Assembly: GCA_951406725.2 (NCBI GenBank)
Contig: OX597826.1
Coordinates: 14,508,001-14,572,000 of the forward strand
Reading direction: 5' to 3'
Length of the DNA stretch: 64,000 bases
Source of the DNA: Octopus vulgaris
Lineage: Eukaryota
This document shows positions 41,490-54,904 of this stretch, piece by piece (position 1 is the stretch's first letter; each line of letters opens with the position of its first letter). The translations under genes were made by a program, and so were the position numbers. Under the pieces are notes generated by a model. It saw only the letters and a list, made by a program, of their open reading frames with translations, was not told the origin of the DNA and made no database searches.

Positions 41490-41830
41490 ATTGCAGCCTG
41501 GTAAGCTAGGAGGATACGCGTCTGGGGGAAACTGATCATGGAGATTGGCACGTGCCTGTGCTTGGCTTTTCCTAGCCTTGTGAGACAGCGCAGAGTCTTG
41601 TTGGAAGAGGTACGGTCTTCCATAGTGTGCATTTAATATCCAAGTCTTTACAACTTTCTCCATGACCTCTGTATAAACAGCTTCATCGAATATTATGTCT
41701 TGTTGCTGACGACTCCCAGAACCATCATAGTTGCTACAAACTTAGTATTCATGATAGTTACAATCTCATTCATTTCTCTGCATAACCGTCAGGTAACATT
41801 CAGGATGCAAGCTATATCTGTGTCACGCTG
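41490..41830 (-). pseudogene. DD37D/maT-like transposase fragment
   Basis: VVKTWI...GRPYLFQQDSALSHKARKSQ...YPPSLPGCN (cf. FQQDSAPAH...WPPSSPDCN). Confidence 0.7.
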
Positions 41831-42093
41831 GTACACTTTTAAGGAAATGATTTTTATTTTGCTGTCTTAATGTGATGTCTGACATTATTTATCAAGACAT
41901 ACAAGGAAGTTAGAGCTTTTAAAAGATGTGTCCTCAAAAATCTGACGCATGTTATATAATGTTGTATATGGCTTTCGAAATACTAGTTTGACATTGCACA
42001 GATCAACTCGCACTATATATACATAAATACTTGCATACACAAATACACACAAACACACACACACACACACACACACAGACATATATATAGACA

Positions 42094-42288
42094 CAGGCGT
42101 GGCTGTGTGGTGAGAAGCTTTCTTCCCAACCACGTGGTTTCGAGTTTAGTCCCACTGCGTGGCATCTTAAGCAAAGCTCTTGTGCTATAACCTCGGGCTA
42201 ACCAAAGTCTTGAGAGTGGATTTGGTTGACGGAAACTAAAGAAGCCAGTATGTATGTATATATGTATGTATGTATGTATGTATATATG

Positions 42289-42352
<64 letters not shown>

Positions 42353-42406
42353 ATATACGTATATATATATATATATATATATATACATACATATATATAT
42401 ATATAT

Positions 42407-42439
<33 letters not shown>

Positions 42440-42615
42440 ACATATATATATACATATATATGTATATTCATATATTTATATATATATGTTTTGTGTCTGT
42501 GTCTGTCCCACGCACTATCGCTTGACAACCAATGATGATGTGCTTATATCGCCGAAACCTAGCGGCTCAGCAAAAGGGACGACAGAGTAAGTCCTTGGGG
42601 TGACTGACTGAAACA
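42094..42615 (+). mobile_element. SINE family A with expanded internal (TA)n
   Basis: CAGGCGTGGCTGTGTGGTGAGAAGC head, ~240-bp microsatellite, ATCGCTTGACAACC...TGACTGAAAC tail. Confidence 0.85.
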
Positions 42616-42625
42616 CGTGTGTGTA

Positions 42626-42672
<47 letters not shown>

Positions 42673-42997
42673 TGAGTATGGATAGTTTCACCTTTGAAAA
42701 AATCGATAGAAGAAAATTCGGATTATTAACTCCGTTTCATCCATTATAAATGCAATCAAAATGGAAAAAGAACAATGATTTCATAATTTTGGTTAGTTGT
42801 AATTTATCTCATGATTTAATCAAACTGTTCAAATTGCTCCGCTTCATAATGATTAATCGCTTCTGATCGATACGAAATATAATTGGACGAAATTAAAATC
42901 ATTATAACTGATGCCAATTGGTTACAAATTGTCCGCGAATAGGACGAACCTCGATAGACGTCATATATTTGTTAATATATTTATTGATACTTATCCT

Positions 42998-43042
<45 letters not shown>

Positions 43043-43265
43043 TGGTGCATGTATGTATCCATGATTTTATAGGTATATGGAGGATATTATTAAACATTAA
43101 ATATTATAAACCTTTTAACTAATAATTAGTAATGCATTAACCTCCGTTGCTGAATTGCAATCGTAATTCACCGCATATACATACATACATACATACATAC
43201 ATACATACATACATAAATACATACATACATGCATATATATATAAATATATATATATGTATGTATG

Positions 43266-43320
<55 letters not shown>

Positions 43321-44269
43321 GTGAGAATGATACTTGTGATTACAAAAGAAATAAAATGTACAAATTACTCCACAATCGAATGTGCTGTTTAATAAATTTA
43401 TTTCGGCTGAAATGAGGATAACCGTCTCCAAGATTAGCCCTTCAGTCTGGCCATATATTTTGAAAGGGCTATATGTCAACAGTGCAACCTATCTAGCTAT
43501 ATATCTATCTATCTACCTATCTATTTATCTATCTATCTGTCTATCTATTTATCTACTCAGACACAGGCGTTTCATCCGGAATTAACTCCTATCAGGGGAA
43601 GATGTAACAACGATATTATGATAAGACCCCTGCTGCCTATGCGTAGATTTGCAGCTATATGCTTCTAACTGGTACGGTTTGCACACGTCACCGCTTCTCT
43701 ATCGCCATAGGACTTTCATCTGTAACAATGACATGAGAAGAAGGCAAAAGAGACATATGTAACACCGCTGGATTATAATGGCAAACGCTTGTACTACACG
43801 AACACCACTTTCTAATTCTGATGACAAGCTTAGGACACATGACCAGTAATCAGATCAACTGCATGTTTAATTTCAAGTTTCCCTCTTTTGAAAGGATACT
43901 GTAACAACAGCTTGGAGTCCTTCACTCTCAGTAGATTTACTTTTCTTTAAAACAAAATAGGCATGTAATTTTAAAATGTGAATAAGTTTTAAATACAAAT
44001 AATATATATCTATGTGTGTATGTGTGTGTGTGTGTAAAGTATGAATATATTTACATATATAAGAATATATAAAAAAAACGATGCATACACATTTACATAT
44101 AATTGTTGGATGGCTGTTGACTGCTCGTGTGTTCTTCCACCCTTTGACGGGTCATTTTTCGTCCCGCACGGTGTCCAAAAATCAAGCCTAGTAGGATTGC
44201 CAGTTTAGTCGCTGACGACAACATCATGTAACAGGTTGTACTGGATTACGAGTACAAGAGCGACCCGAC

Positions 44270-44430
44270 ATATTTTAAAATTGATCGCTTACCAAATTAT
44301 AATGAGGTTAAAATGGCCATCAATCATTTAAACACAGGTAAGGCACCTAAAGGATATGGAATTCCTGTGGGACGGTTAAAGGTTATTAATAAGAAAATAA
44401 CACAAACAATACTTCATCTCACCACAGAGT
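44270..44430 (+). pseudogene. LINE (RTE-like) RT N-terminal fragment
   Basis: LPNYNEVKMAINHLNTGKAPKGYGIP (cf. EV..AI..L..GKAPGxDGIP). Confidence 0.6.
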
Positions 44431-44431
44431 G

Positions 44432-45230
44432 CTAGGATAGAACTCCTATTCCACATTTTTGTCGATAGTAAACTGTATCGAACGTGAAATAGTTGTTCAG
44501 TAGGCTGAATTTGAGTACTGCGATTATGAATCTGTGCTTAATGCGTCCTGGGATCTCTTCTGGGTATTTTTCTAGCCAGAAGGTGATCGCTTCTAAACCA
44601 TAGTCGTGATGGATATTGGTGTACAAATTCTCCATATCGAATGATACTAACAGGGTTCCTTCATTTCTTGTCTTCGGGAGGTGGTTCAGTATCTCTAAGT
44701 CATCCCTTGATGAAGCTTTTCACATATTTTAGAAACGGTTTAAGTAAGATGTCCAGGAAGTTGCTCAAACGGTGGGTTTCACCAGAAGGGCCAACGATAT
44801 TGGGTCTCAGTCTGAGGTCAGTAGGTGGGGGGACATTAATGCATAGACTTGGAGAAACTTTGCAGCTTTACAAATATGTGGATTTTTGTGGATTTTAGGT
44901 AATCCGTAGAATAGACAAGGACTGTATTTAAAATTGGATAAATACTCTATTTCATGTTTAGTGAGACCCTTTTTCATGTATTTGAAGTACGGAGGGTAAG
45001 TTTTTAAGTGTCATCTGTGGGTTGTATTGTATTATCTTCTTATAGAAAATATTATTTTCCAACATGGAGAGTATTCAATTTTTGTAGTACTACGTGTCCA
45101 TCACCACTGCCGCACTTCCTTTGTTGGCTTCTTTAATGGTGAGGTTTATATCATTTTTCAACTCGATTAGGTCTTTCCATTCATTTACATTAACGTTGGA
45201 TTTAATTCGTTTGTTTTTGTAGGGTATTAA
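44432..45230 (-). pseudogene. Penelope-like element reverse transcriptase fragment
   Basis: TIKEANKGSAAVVMD; LRPNIVGPSGETHRLSNFLDILLKPFLKYVKSFI; LVSFDMENLYTNIHHDYGLEAI...NNYFTF...YYRQKCG. Confidence 0.9.
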
Positions 45231-45317
45231 AATGAAAACTGGTAAATGTGTTCACAAAAAACATCAAGTGTTTTATTTCTTCCTTTTGTAGGAGTATATA
45301 CACACACACACACACAC

Positions 45318-45383
<66 letters not shown>

Positions 45384-45384
45384 T

Positions 45385-45535
45385 ATATTATTCAAAGGAA
45401 TTACAACTGTTTTTTATGTTTTATTTATATTTTTATTTATATCAATATGAATAAAACATAAAAAACAGACAGAGTTGGAATTCCTTTGAATAATATATAT
45501 ATATCCCTCTATACACAATCATACAAACCCCTATA
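45385..45535. repeat. palindromic ~150-bp element, copy 1
   Basis: TATTATTCAAAGGAATT...TTTTTTATGTTTTATT / AATAAAACATAAAAAA...AATTCCTTTGAATAATA plus CCCTCTATACACAATCATACAAACCCCT. Confidence 0.85.
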
Positions 45536-45627
<92 letters not shown>

Positions 45628-45734
45628 TTTTACATATTTAATAAAAGAGCATATTACTCTACATTTGGTATTCGAGTACTTGTTATGTATGTATGTACTT
45701 ATTTCTGTGTGTGTGTGTGTGTGTGTTTATTGTC

Positions 45735-46012
45735 GTAGACGACAGATTTATAGATTTGTATTCTGCAATTTTTAAATGAAAGACCTGCACAATTGGTTTG
45801 ATAATCAAATGTTTGTGTTGCGCTTTAGCGCCCTACCTCCAACAAATCAATATTCCCCCAGCTTGCATTATATGCCATATATTGCACGCCGAAGTAGTTG
45901 GAGAGCAATGTGAAATGAAACGTTTTCCCCAAGAACACAGTACACTATCCCGCCCAGGAATCGAAATCACGTTCTCGTGACCATGAGTGCAGCAACTTAA
46001 CCGTAGACCACC
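45735..46012 (-). mobile_element. diverged tRNA-derived SINE (family D-like head); related fragment at ~53235-53345
   Basis: CCAAGAACACA...GGAATCGAAATCACG...AACCGTAGACCAC is a reverse tRNA head plus core. Confidence 0.6.
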
Positions 46013-46397
46013 TTGACATTGATATACATATTCTCTCTCTCTCTCCCTCTCTCTCACACACACATACATACACACGCACACACAAACACACACACATTGA
46101 CATGAGTGCGTACATTCCTGTGTGCGCGTTTATATATATATATATATGTATGCATATTTGTGTGGACATGTGTGAGAGAGAGGGGGAAAAGAGAGGGATA
46201 ATGTGTAAGTGTGTGTGTGGGTGCATGAGAGAGAAAGAGAAACACAGCGGAAATCGAGAGAGCGAGAGAGAGACAGAGATAGTGTGTGTGTGTGAGACAA
46301 GGAGAGAGAGACAGAGATAGTGTTAGTGTGTGTGACAGAGAGAGAGGGAGATAGTGTGTGTATGTGACAGAGAGAGATAGATAGATAGAGATAGAGA

Positions 46398-46463
<66 letters not shown>

Positions 46464-47249
46464 GTGTGTTTGTGCGACTGTGTGTGTTACTATTAGCTCA
46501 CAGCAGAACTGTATTTTGTTTAGAGGAATTCCATCATACTGTTCCATTCTCCTAGAAACATTACTAGGAATTGTTAAACTTGCCAAAGCAAAGTGTAACA
46601 TAAATGATGGCATTTAATTTCAAAAACTTGTGTGCAGCTGTGAGTATGTTTTTTTTTCAGGAATAATTCTTTGTCTGTGTTTGACCACAAGCACACGCTG
46701 GAATATCTCCTTGTGTGTTGAAGTGTGACTTCAAAAGAAGTGTCTGTTTGTGTACCTGTGAGTTAATGAATGCTACGTTACCATGTGAATATCAGTACGT
46801 ATACGAATACGATCAATATCACACGCTATGCGCATACAGTATATAACCTGTCTGTATGTGTGTGGGAGGGTTTGTGTGCATAACTTTTTTCGTTGGTTTC
46901 TGTGTTTCCGCCGTCGCAGTTGGAATGAGAATACGCAAATGTTAACGCACAAGCATTATGTGAGTGTCTCGTAATTTTGCACGTATTTCGTGCCTGTGAA
47001 AATGTCTTTATTTCTATTTTGCTGTAATAATGCGATTTAGCACTTGCGCTAAATAGCATTCACTCTGCCTCCATACATACATAAATACATACATATATAC
47101 CGGCATGCATATATGCATGCATTCATACATACATACATACATACATACATACATACATACATACATACATACATACATACATACATACATACATACACAC
47201 ATACATACACACACACATACACACACACACATATATACTTACTCTTCTT

Positions 47250-47458
47250 TTTTTACTCTTACTTGTTTCAGTCATTTCACTGTGGCCTTGCTGGAGCACC
47301 GCCTTTAGTCGAGCAAATCGACGCCAGGACTTATTCTTTGTAAGCCTAGTACTTATTCTATTGGTCGCTTTTGCCAAACCGCTCAGTTACGGGAACGTAA
47401 ACACACCAGCATCGGTTGTCAAGCAATGTTGAGGGGACAAACACAGACACACAAACAT

Positions 47459-47537
<79 letters not shown>

Positions 47538-47705
47538 TACGACGGGCTTTTTTCAGTTTCCGTCTACCAAATCCACTCACAAGGCTTTGGTCGCCCCGAG
47601 ACTATTGTAGAAGACCCTTGCCCAAGGTGCCACGCAGTGGGACTGAACCTGGAACCATGTGGTTGGTAAGCAAGCTACTTACCACACTGCGACCTCCTAC
47701 GCCTG
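47250..47705 (-). mobile_element. SINE family A, full length
   Basis: Reverse complement of the head (CCACGCAGTGGGACTGAACC), internal (CA)/(TA) tract, and tail (TTACTTGTTTCAGTCATTT...GCTGGAGCACCG). Confidence 0.9.
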
Positions 47706-48203
47706 TTAACCAAAGTCGGGATGCGTGGCGTTCAGTAATTCCATTAATGAAAAAATGCATTAAATACTACAATACGTACACGTAGCACAGACACCAGTGC
47801 CTTAAATACTTCATCGGTTATCGACAAATAAATACTAATAACTAGTTGCATGCCTTTAACGATAACACAAGGAACTTCTTATATCGGTGGTGCCTGCAAG
47901 ATTTGCAGAGAATTAGGGCTGGAGCAAACAAAACAATACGAAAGTAAACAACTGTAATTTGAAACGGTAGACGAAGACAATAAATAAATAAATAAATATA
48001 AGCATTGGGGCCAAACACGAGAATGATTGATTAACGCCTGGGAGAAATCCTCAAATGGATATAGAGAACAGAATTGCGAAGTGAAAATGGGAATCATTCG
48101 GCATCCTCAAAAGACCATGGTTTTCCAAAAGGTCGTCATAGTGTAGATGATTTCCGAAAACAATAAGGACCATTTTGTGTAGACATGTAGGACATATATA
48201 TAA

Positions 48204-48360
48204 AGGGGTTTGTATGATTGTGTATAGAGGGATATATATTATTCAAAGGAATTCCAACTCTGTCTGTTTTTTTATGTTTTATTTATACTGATATTAATAA
48301 AAATATAAATAAAACATAAAAAAACAGACAGAGTTGGAATTCCTTTGAATAATATATATA
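48204..48360. repeat. palindromic ~150-bp element, copy 2 (inverted relative to copy 1)
   Basis: AGGGGTTTGTATGATTGTGTATAGAGGG followed by the same palindrome as 45385-45500. Confidence 0.85.
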
Positions 48361-48429
48361 CTGTCCTACATTTATATTGATTCCTGGTCTACATTGAAGC
48401 AATCCAAGCAATCCATGAAACTGAATGCA

Positions 48430-48765
48430 GATTCAGAATATTCCTAGAACAAAGGCTATCGAGAACATGTGCACATGTATCTAGTAAATAAATAGCTTTA
48501 GCTCGAGGATTAATCTTACTGCTGCCGTATGCAATAACCTGATACGCGGGAAGTCTTCCTCTGACCCTATGGCTCATTTTGTGAGGCTTCCATTGAGATG
48601 CTCATTGGCCATGTCCTACTGCTATATACGTTGTTCTGGGACCCACAGCATGTTTCCAGTATGTGTTGAGATATCGTTTGACATTTATCGATACACTGAG
48701 GTAGAACGCAGATTTTGATCCTATACACGAACTGAAGGTGGCGATGGTTCGTGATCTTTGGTGAA
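48430..48765 (+). pseudogene. RTE-like LINE C-terminal fragment
   Basis: LFWDPQH...LTFIDTLR...ELKVAMVRDLW (cf. LLWEP.H...TYID.L...M.DR..W). Confidence 0.45.
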
Positions 48766-48914
48766 ATAGCTGTTTTTGAGGTTAGAGTGGGAGCCCAGTC
48801 AAAATAAAGCTAAGTTTTGCAAGATTTGATTTTGTCTTATCGAATGACCAAATGCGTCCTCAAATATCACACACTATGTGTATGTGTATTTGTTTGCAAA
48901 TACATGCATATATA

Positions 48915-49310
48915 TTGGCTGCGTGGTAAGAAGCTTGCTACCCAACGATATGGTTCTGCTTTTAGTCTCACTGCGTGGCACCTTGGGCAAGTGTCTTCTA
49001 CTAGAGCCTCAAGCCGACCAAAGCCTTGTGAGTAGATTTGGTTGAGGGAAACAGAAAGAAATCCATTGTGTATATGTCATGTATGTATTTATGTCCGTGT
49101 GTCTGTGTTTGTTCCCACACCATCGCCTGACAACGGATGCCAGCATGTTTATACTCCCGTAAACTAGCGGCTCAGCAAAAGGGAGCCATAGAATAAATAT
49201 TAGGCTTGCAAAGAATAAGTCCTTGTATAGATTTCTTCGACTAAAACCGTTTAAGGTGGTGCTCCAGCATGACTGCAGTCAAAATGACTGAAACACGTAA
49301 AAGAATAAAA
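48915..49310 (+). mobile_element. SINE family A, short internal tract
   Basis: TGGCTGCGTGGTAAGAAGC head through GGTGCTCCAGCATGACTGCAGTCAAAATGACTGAAAC tail. Confidence 0.88.
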
Positions 49311-49769
49311 TAATATACATAGAGACAGACGCACGCAAGCACGCTCGCACACTCGCATACACACACACACACACGCACACACACATACCAAGGGTAACAG
49401 CTGTAGTGTGTGAGTGTATGCGAGCGTGTGCACATTTCTGTTTCAGATTGGATAGACTGAATGTATAAGTATATGACAATGTGAGTGTTAGAGGATGCGT
49501 TTCGGTAGTCATACTTCTAGCAATTATTGTACGGAATCTTCGAGCTAGCATATGGTTAAATATTTTCAATAATATTATTACTCCACATAAATAATATATA
49601 TCACGTTTAATCATATTCAAATTAAATTCACCTATCGTTAGACTTTGCATACATTCGTATTCTATAACTGTCCTTTGAAGAATGACTGCAATGAAAAATA
49701 TTGTACGATTTAGCCGCATCACTTTATCATATATATTATATTTAACATATACATACATATACATTCATA

Positions 49770-49800
<31 letters not shown>

Positions 49801-49808
<8 letters not shown>

Positions 49809-50189
49809 GAAGGTTTGAAAATGCAATTTTAAAAGATGTTTATTTACTTTACCGGTTTCACTTTTTAGAAAAAGATTGTCAAAATTAACATGTAAAAGCT
49901 TGGTTGTGTTAGTAACTGGTTGTCACAAAATACTACAATTCATATATACATTCTTTGATAACAAGAACATGTTAAGAAGAGTTTACAAGGGAAAATCTTG
50001 GGAAAATATAAAAAAGTTTAACAAATTCATCAAATAATGTATATATGTATTGCAGTATTTTGTGACAACCAGTTACTAACACAACCAAGCTTTTACATGT
50101 TACTTTTGACAATCTTTTTCTAAAAAGTGAAACCGGTAAAGAAAATAAACATCTTTTAAAATTGCATTTTCAAACCTTCTTTCATATAT
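49801..50189. repeat. fold-back inverted repeat (~157-bp arms) of a PLE LTR-like 3' fragment
   Basis: ATATGAAAGAAGGTTTGAAAATGC...CATTCTTTGAT / ATCAAATAATG...GCATTTTCAAACCTTCTTTCATAT. The arms carry GAAACCGGTA, the 3' half of a palindromic hammerhead. Confidence 0.9.
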
Positions 50190-50297
50190 AATTCCACTCG
50201 TGCGGTACCTTACAACTCCACTTTGTTATATATATATATATATATATATTTCATTTTCGGATTTGGTTTGCAAGATTCTTTGTATGAGTTCGTGTGT

Positions 50298-50487
50298 TGA
50301 AGCATATTCTGTTGTGTCTGGGGAGAGTCATTTTCTTTCTGTGCCTTGTAATGCAACAAACGCTACGGTAAAATTTCCACTATTTTCTTATTTTTATTGT
50401 CCTAAATTTTTCGTTGCGTCTTGCAACATTTTCAATAGTCTTAACTCTTAGGCACAAAAAGAAAATGACTCTCCCCAAACACAACAG
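50298..50487. repeat. 38-bp inverted repeat in a PLE LTR-like fragment
   Basis: CTGTTGTGTCTGGGGAGAGTCATTTTCTTTCTGTGCCT / AGGCACAAAAAGAAAATGACTCTCCCCAAACACAACAG. Confidence 0.8.
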
Positions 50488-50535
<48 letters not shown>

Positions 50536-50602
50536 TGTATGTATCTATGTATTGTATATGTATACACACCCACCCACACACATACACACACACACATATA
50601 TA

Positions 50603-50778
50603 TAATGGTTGGTGCATAATTATTGCGGGTCTTTTAATAAGAATTTTATTCAACAGAAATTAAAGTAGATGGTGAATATTCTCCGGAATAATCATTTAAA
50701 GATGTTTTTGTTAAATGTTGCTATTGTTTTTGGTAAATAAAATTTAGTGAAAAAAATCCGCAATACGTATGTACCAAC

Positions 50779-50782
<4 letters not shown>
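50603..50782. mobile_element. mariner MITE (Hsmar1/cecropia-like TIR), copy 1
   Basis: TA-ATGGTTGGTGCATAATTATTGCGG ... CCGCAATACGTATGTACCAACAT-TA. Confidence 0.8.
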
Positions 50783-51310
<528 letters not shown>

Positions 51311-51987
51311 GTACATTAAAAGGCCTCTAAAGGTATCTAGTACTTGCTTCTTCTTTTAGAGCCCTTTTAATGTACTTATATATGAATAACATATAGCCTA
51401 ATGGCTAATTTGTCTTTTGTGCCAGATCACCGGTAACAATAATTTATTCTATTACCTTTTTACTATATATATATATATTTGAATGGAAGCAATACGAAAG
51501 GAAAACGGAAAACTAGAAGAACATGACCTATTATCCAATAGAGTATTCAATATATATGTGTACTTTCTTCGACATTCATAAATCAATATAAAATTCGAAC
51601 ATAATATTAGTATAAAAAACAAACAAGCATATAAACATATAAATATCTAATATTTAAAAATACGAAAATGTTTAAACATATTTTTAAATATTTAGGCATT
51701 TTAAAAATATATAAACACATAGATACATTAATTGATATAAAAAAACGTCGATATGGTATGAGTTAAAAACTCGTAGGTATTTAATTATATTTAAAATGCA
51801 CTCATAAATATATATTAATTCGCAGGCAATGTAGAAAACAGAATAATATAACACGGTGAATTATTAATTCAAACGATAAGATATAAGGGAATAACAATTT
51901 TCAGAGTTCAGTGGAAAGTTTGAAATTATAAAACATTAAAAGGATATGCTAACATACGAAGATAATGTTTAATTGATCCAAAAGTTT

Positions 51988-52074
51988 AATCGATGGGCCG
52001 TTTCGGAGACGTGTCAGATAATATGACATAAATTTCATATTTTAAAGGAAACGGACACTCCCCTCATCAGGATG
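51988..52074 (-). ncRNA. hammerhead motif with mutated stem III
   Basis: Minus strand CATC-CTGATGA-GGGGAGTGTC...GACACGTCTCC-GAAAC-GGCC-CATC-GATT. Confidence 0.55.
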
Positions 52075-52228
52075 CTTCGCAACACGAAAGACACAATAAA
52101 AACAACATAGAAAAAGACAACTTACATCATTACATTCTAGCCAAGTTCAAAAAATCTTTTTGACATTTCACTAATCCCCTTTTTAGAACAACTCAGCATA
52201 ACCTAGTATATCGAGTTATATATATATA

Positions 52229-52604
52229 TATAATCAAAATAAGCAACAAGAATGACTCCGGTAATTTAGTACGATCGATTTATTATTAAATCATTTTACA
52301 TCATTTTATTAAATGTTGTAAGTATTACAACAGATTTAAGATGCTGAGTACTCATCAGCCAATTATAGGGGTTTTCCATTAATAGAAAAATTTTAAGTCA
52401 AATGGCAACATTATAGAGAACACTATAATGTTGCCACTTAATTTGAACATTTTTGTATTAATGGAAAACCTCTATAATTGGCTGATGAGTACTCAGCATC
52501 TTAAATCTGTTGTAATACATACATACAACATTTAATAAAATGATGTAGTACGAAACGATCGTACCAAATTACCGGAGTCATTCTTGTTGCTTATTTTGAT
52601 TATA
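52229..52604. repeat. fold-back inverted repeat (~185-bp arms, 6-nt spacer) of a ribozyme-bearing PLE LTR-like unit
   Basis: TATAATCAAAATAAGCAACAAGAATGACTCCGGTAATTT...GGCAACATTATAG-AGAACA-CTATAATGTTGCC...TTCTTGTTGCTTATTTTGATTATA. Confidence 0.92.
52475..52571 (+). ncRNA. type-I hammerhead ribozyme, intact core, extended stem II
   Basis: TAATTGG-CTGATGA-GTACT...AGTAC-GAAAC-GATC-GTA-CCAAATTA. Stem II continues as CATC/GATG, TTAAA/TTTAA and TGTTGTA/TACAACA; predicted cleavage after A52563. Confidence 0.88.
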
Positions 52605-52697
52605 ATCACCCCACGGATTTTTATGGATAACACCATACAAAATTCTGGTGCATCTAAATTAAGTACCATATTCATTTGAATCTAAATTTTTGCTGAA

Positions 52698-52751
<54 letters not shown>

Positions 52752-53378
52752 AATAAATGCATATTTACGCGCATATATTTCTAGGTTTTTCAACTAACAG
52801 ACACAATTTTTGGTTGAAAACCAATTGTACTGTTGAAGATACATCTTGAAATCCGTGGATGAGTGTAGAATATTTGTAAAAACGGAAACAAAGGTGAACG
52901 GATTGAGCAAACGCAATTTATTTCATAATTCTATGATGTTTTCATCATCACTTCACCAGCAGATTATTGCTGAAATATTGTTATGTCGCATATTGAATCG
53001 CATTAGTATTATATCTGCAATATTGGTAAGTGTAAATTCTTCAGGTATAAGTACAAAGAGTCTGCCAAATCAGACCATATTCTACAGAATATATTCGTTG
53101 CTTTCGTTCTATTTTAAGGTTTTCCTAAGCATATTACAATTACTACAAAGATCAAATACCATTAGGTCGTAAACCGCAATTTCACTTCCGTATGGTGAAA
53201 AGAAAATGTACTGGTATTCCATATTTTTTCTAGCTGAACCGACTGGAGCAATGCAAAATAAAATGTCTTGCTCAAGGAAACAACGCATCGCCTGGAATTG
53301 AACTCACGACCTTACAAATATCCCAACCACTAAGCCTGGCACCTTCACATATGTGTATATATATATATATATATTTAT

Positions 53379-53426
<48 letters not shown>

Positions 53427-53432
53427 ATATAT

Positions 53433-53635
53433 ATTAGATTGGTGCATGATTATTGCGGCTATTTTTCAATAAATTTTATTTAACGAAAACAATAACATGC
53501 AACAAAAACATCTTTAAATGGTTATTCCGGAGAATACTCACCATCTACTTCAATTTCTGCTTTGCATTTTGTTTAAATTGTTTGTTGAATAAAATTTATA
53601 GAAAAATAGACGCAATAATTATGCACCAACATAAT
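53433..53635. mobile_element. mariner MITE, copy 2 (opposite orientation)
   Basis: TTAGATTGGTGCATGATTATTGCGG ... CGCAATAATTATGCACCAACATAA; the interior is the reverse complement of 50603-50782. Confidence 0.8.
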
Positions 53636-53748
53636 ATATATATATGTATGTGTGCGTGTGGGTGTGAGTGTGTGTCTGTGTATGCATTGTATATGTATAC
53701 CCACACACACACATATATAGATAACTAAATATATATATACATATGTAT

Positions 53749-53801
<53 letters not shown>

Positions 53802-53826
53802 TATACATATATATACATATATATAA

Positions 53827-53975
<149 letters not shown>

Positions 53976-54356
53976 GATATATATAATAAATTGATGCAGC
54001 AAAATAGTACAAAATGTTTCATTGCAGTCATTGTTTAAGGGAAAGCATAGACGACGAATGTATGCAAAGCCAAACGATAGGAGAATTTAATGTGACACGA
54101 GGAGATATTGATAAGTCGGGTATAGCCTGATCGTGTATGGAAAAATGGAGATCACCTCCTCCTGTGGGATGAAGTTATAATAATAGACAGAGAACATCAC
54201 TGGAAAGTGCGAAAACTAAATGAAGCAGCACATATGCTATGACGCCACAACCTCCTAAGCAGATCGAGTGCAGATATGAGTAGCATATGGGAATCGGCAT
54301 TAAGGAAGGATAGAGATATATTAGATTTATAAGCCCTAAAATTCACTCCATAATTG

Positions 54357-54430
54357 CCCACGGCGTAGTGGTTAAGAGCGCGGGCTACTAACCCCAAGAT
54401 TCCGAGTTCGACTCCAAGCAGTGACCTAAA
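54357..54430 (+). mobile_element. tRNA-like head (SINE or tRNA pseudogene) followed by (TAA)n
   Basis: CACGGCGTAGTGGTTAAGAGCGCGGGCTACTAACCCCAAGATTCCGAGTTCGACTCC: A/B boxes and an anticodon arm; acceptor stem is poor. Confidence 0.65.
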
Positions 54431-54529
54431 TAATAATAATAATAATAATAATAATATCGAAAATATCTTAGGAATGAGAACCAAGACAAAACATGTACAT
54501 GATAACACTTCCTATCAGTTAAGATCAGA

Positions 54530-54643
54530 AGCCATGAGAGCCACTGTCTGCTACTGCATCAGGGCATAGCCATCAGAGCCACTGTCTGGTACCGCATCAG
54601 GACTTAGCCATCAGAGCCACTGCCTGGCACTGCATCGGGGCAT
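54530..54643 (+). repeat. 3 x 38-bp tandem repeat ending in (TTA)n
   Basis: AGCCATSAGAGCCACTGYCTG..AC.GCATC.GG.... at 54530, 54568 and 54606. Confidence 0.9.
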
Positions 54644-54775
54644 TTATTATTATTATTATTATTATTATTCTGTTTGACTTTTGCTTTATATTTGTACAAG
54701 TTGGCTCCAAGTCTCATCCAGAGACCTCAAGAGACAACAGGTTGGAAGTTCATGTTGTTGTTATGCCTAGTGTGC

Positions 54776-54890
<115 letters not shown>

Positions 54891-54904
54891 GTTACTATCA
54901 TTAT

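Noticed and set aside
54530-54643. CRISPR-like repeats of ~38 bp
   Set aside because: Units are directly adjacent with no spacers, there are no cas genes, and the context is eukaryotic.
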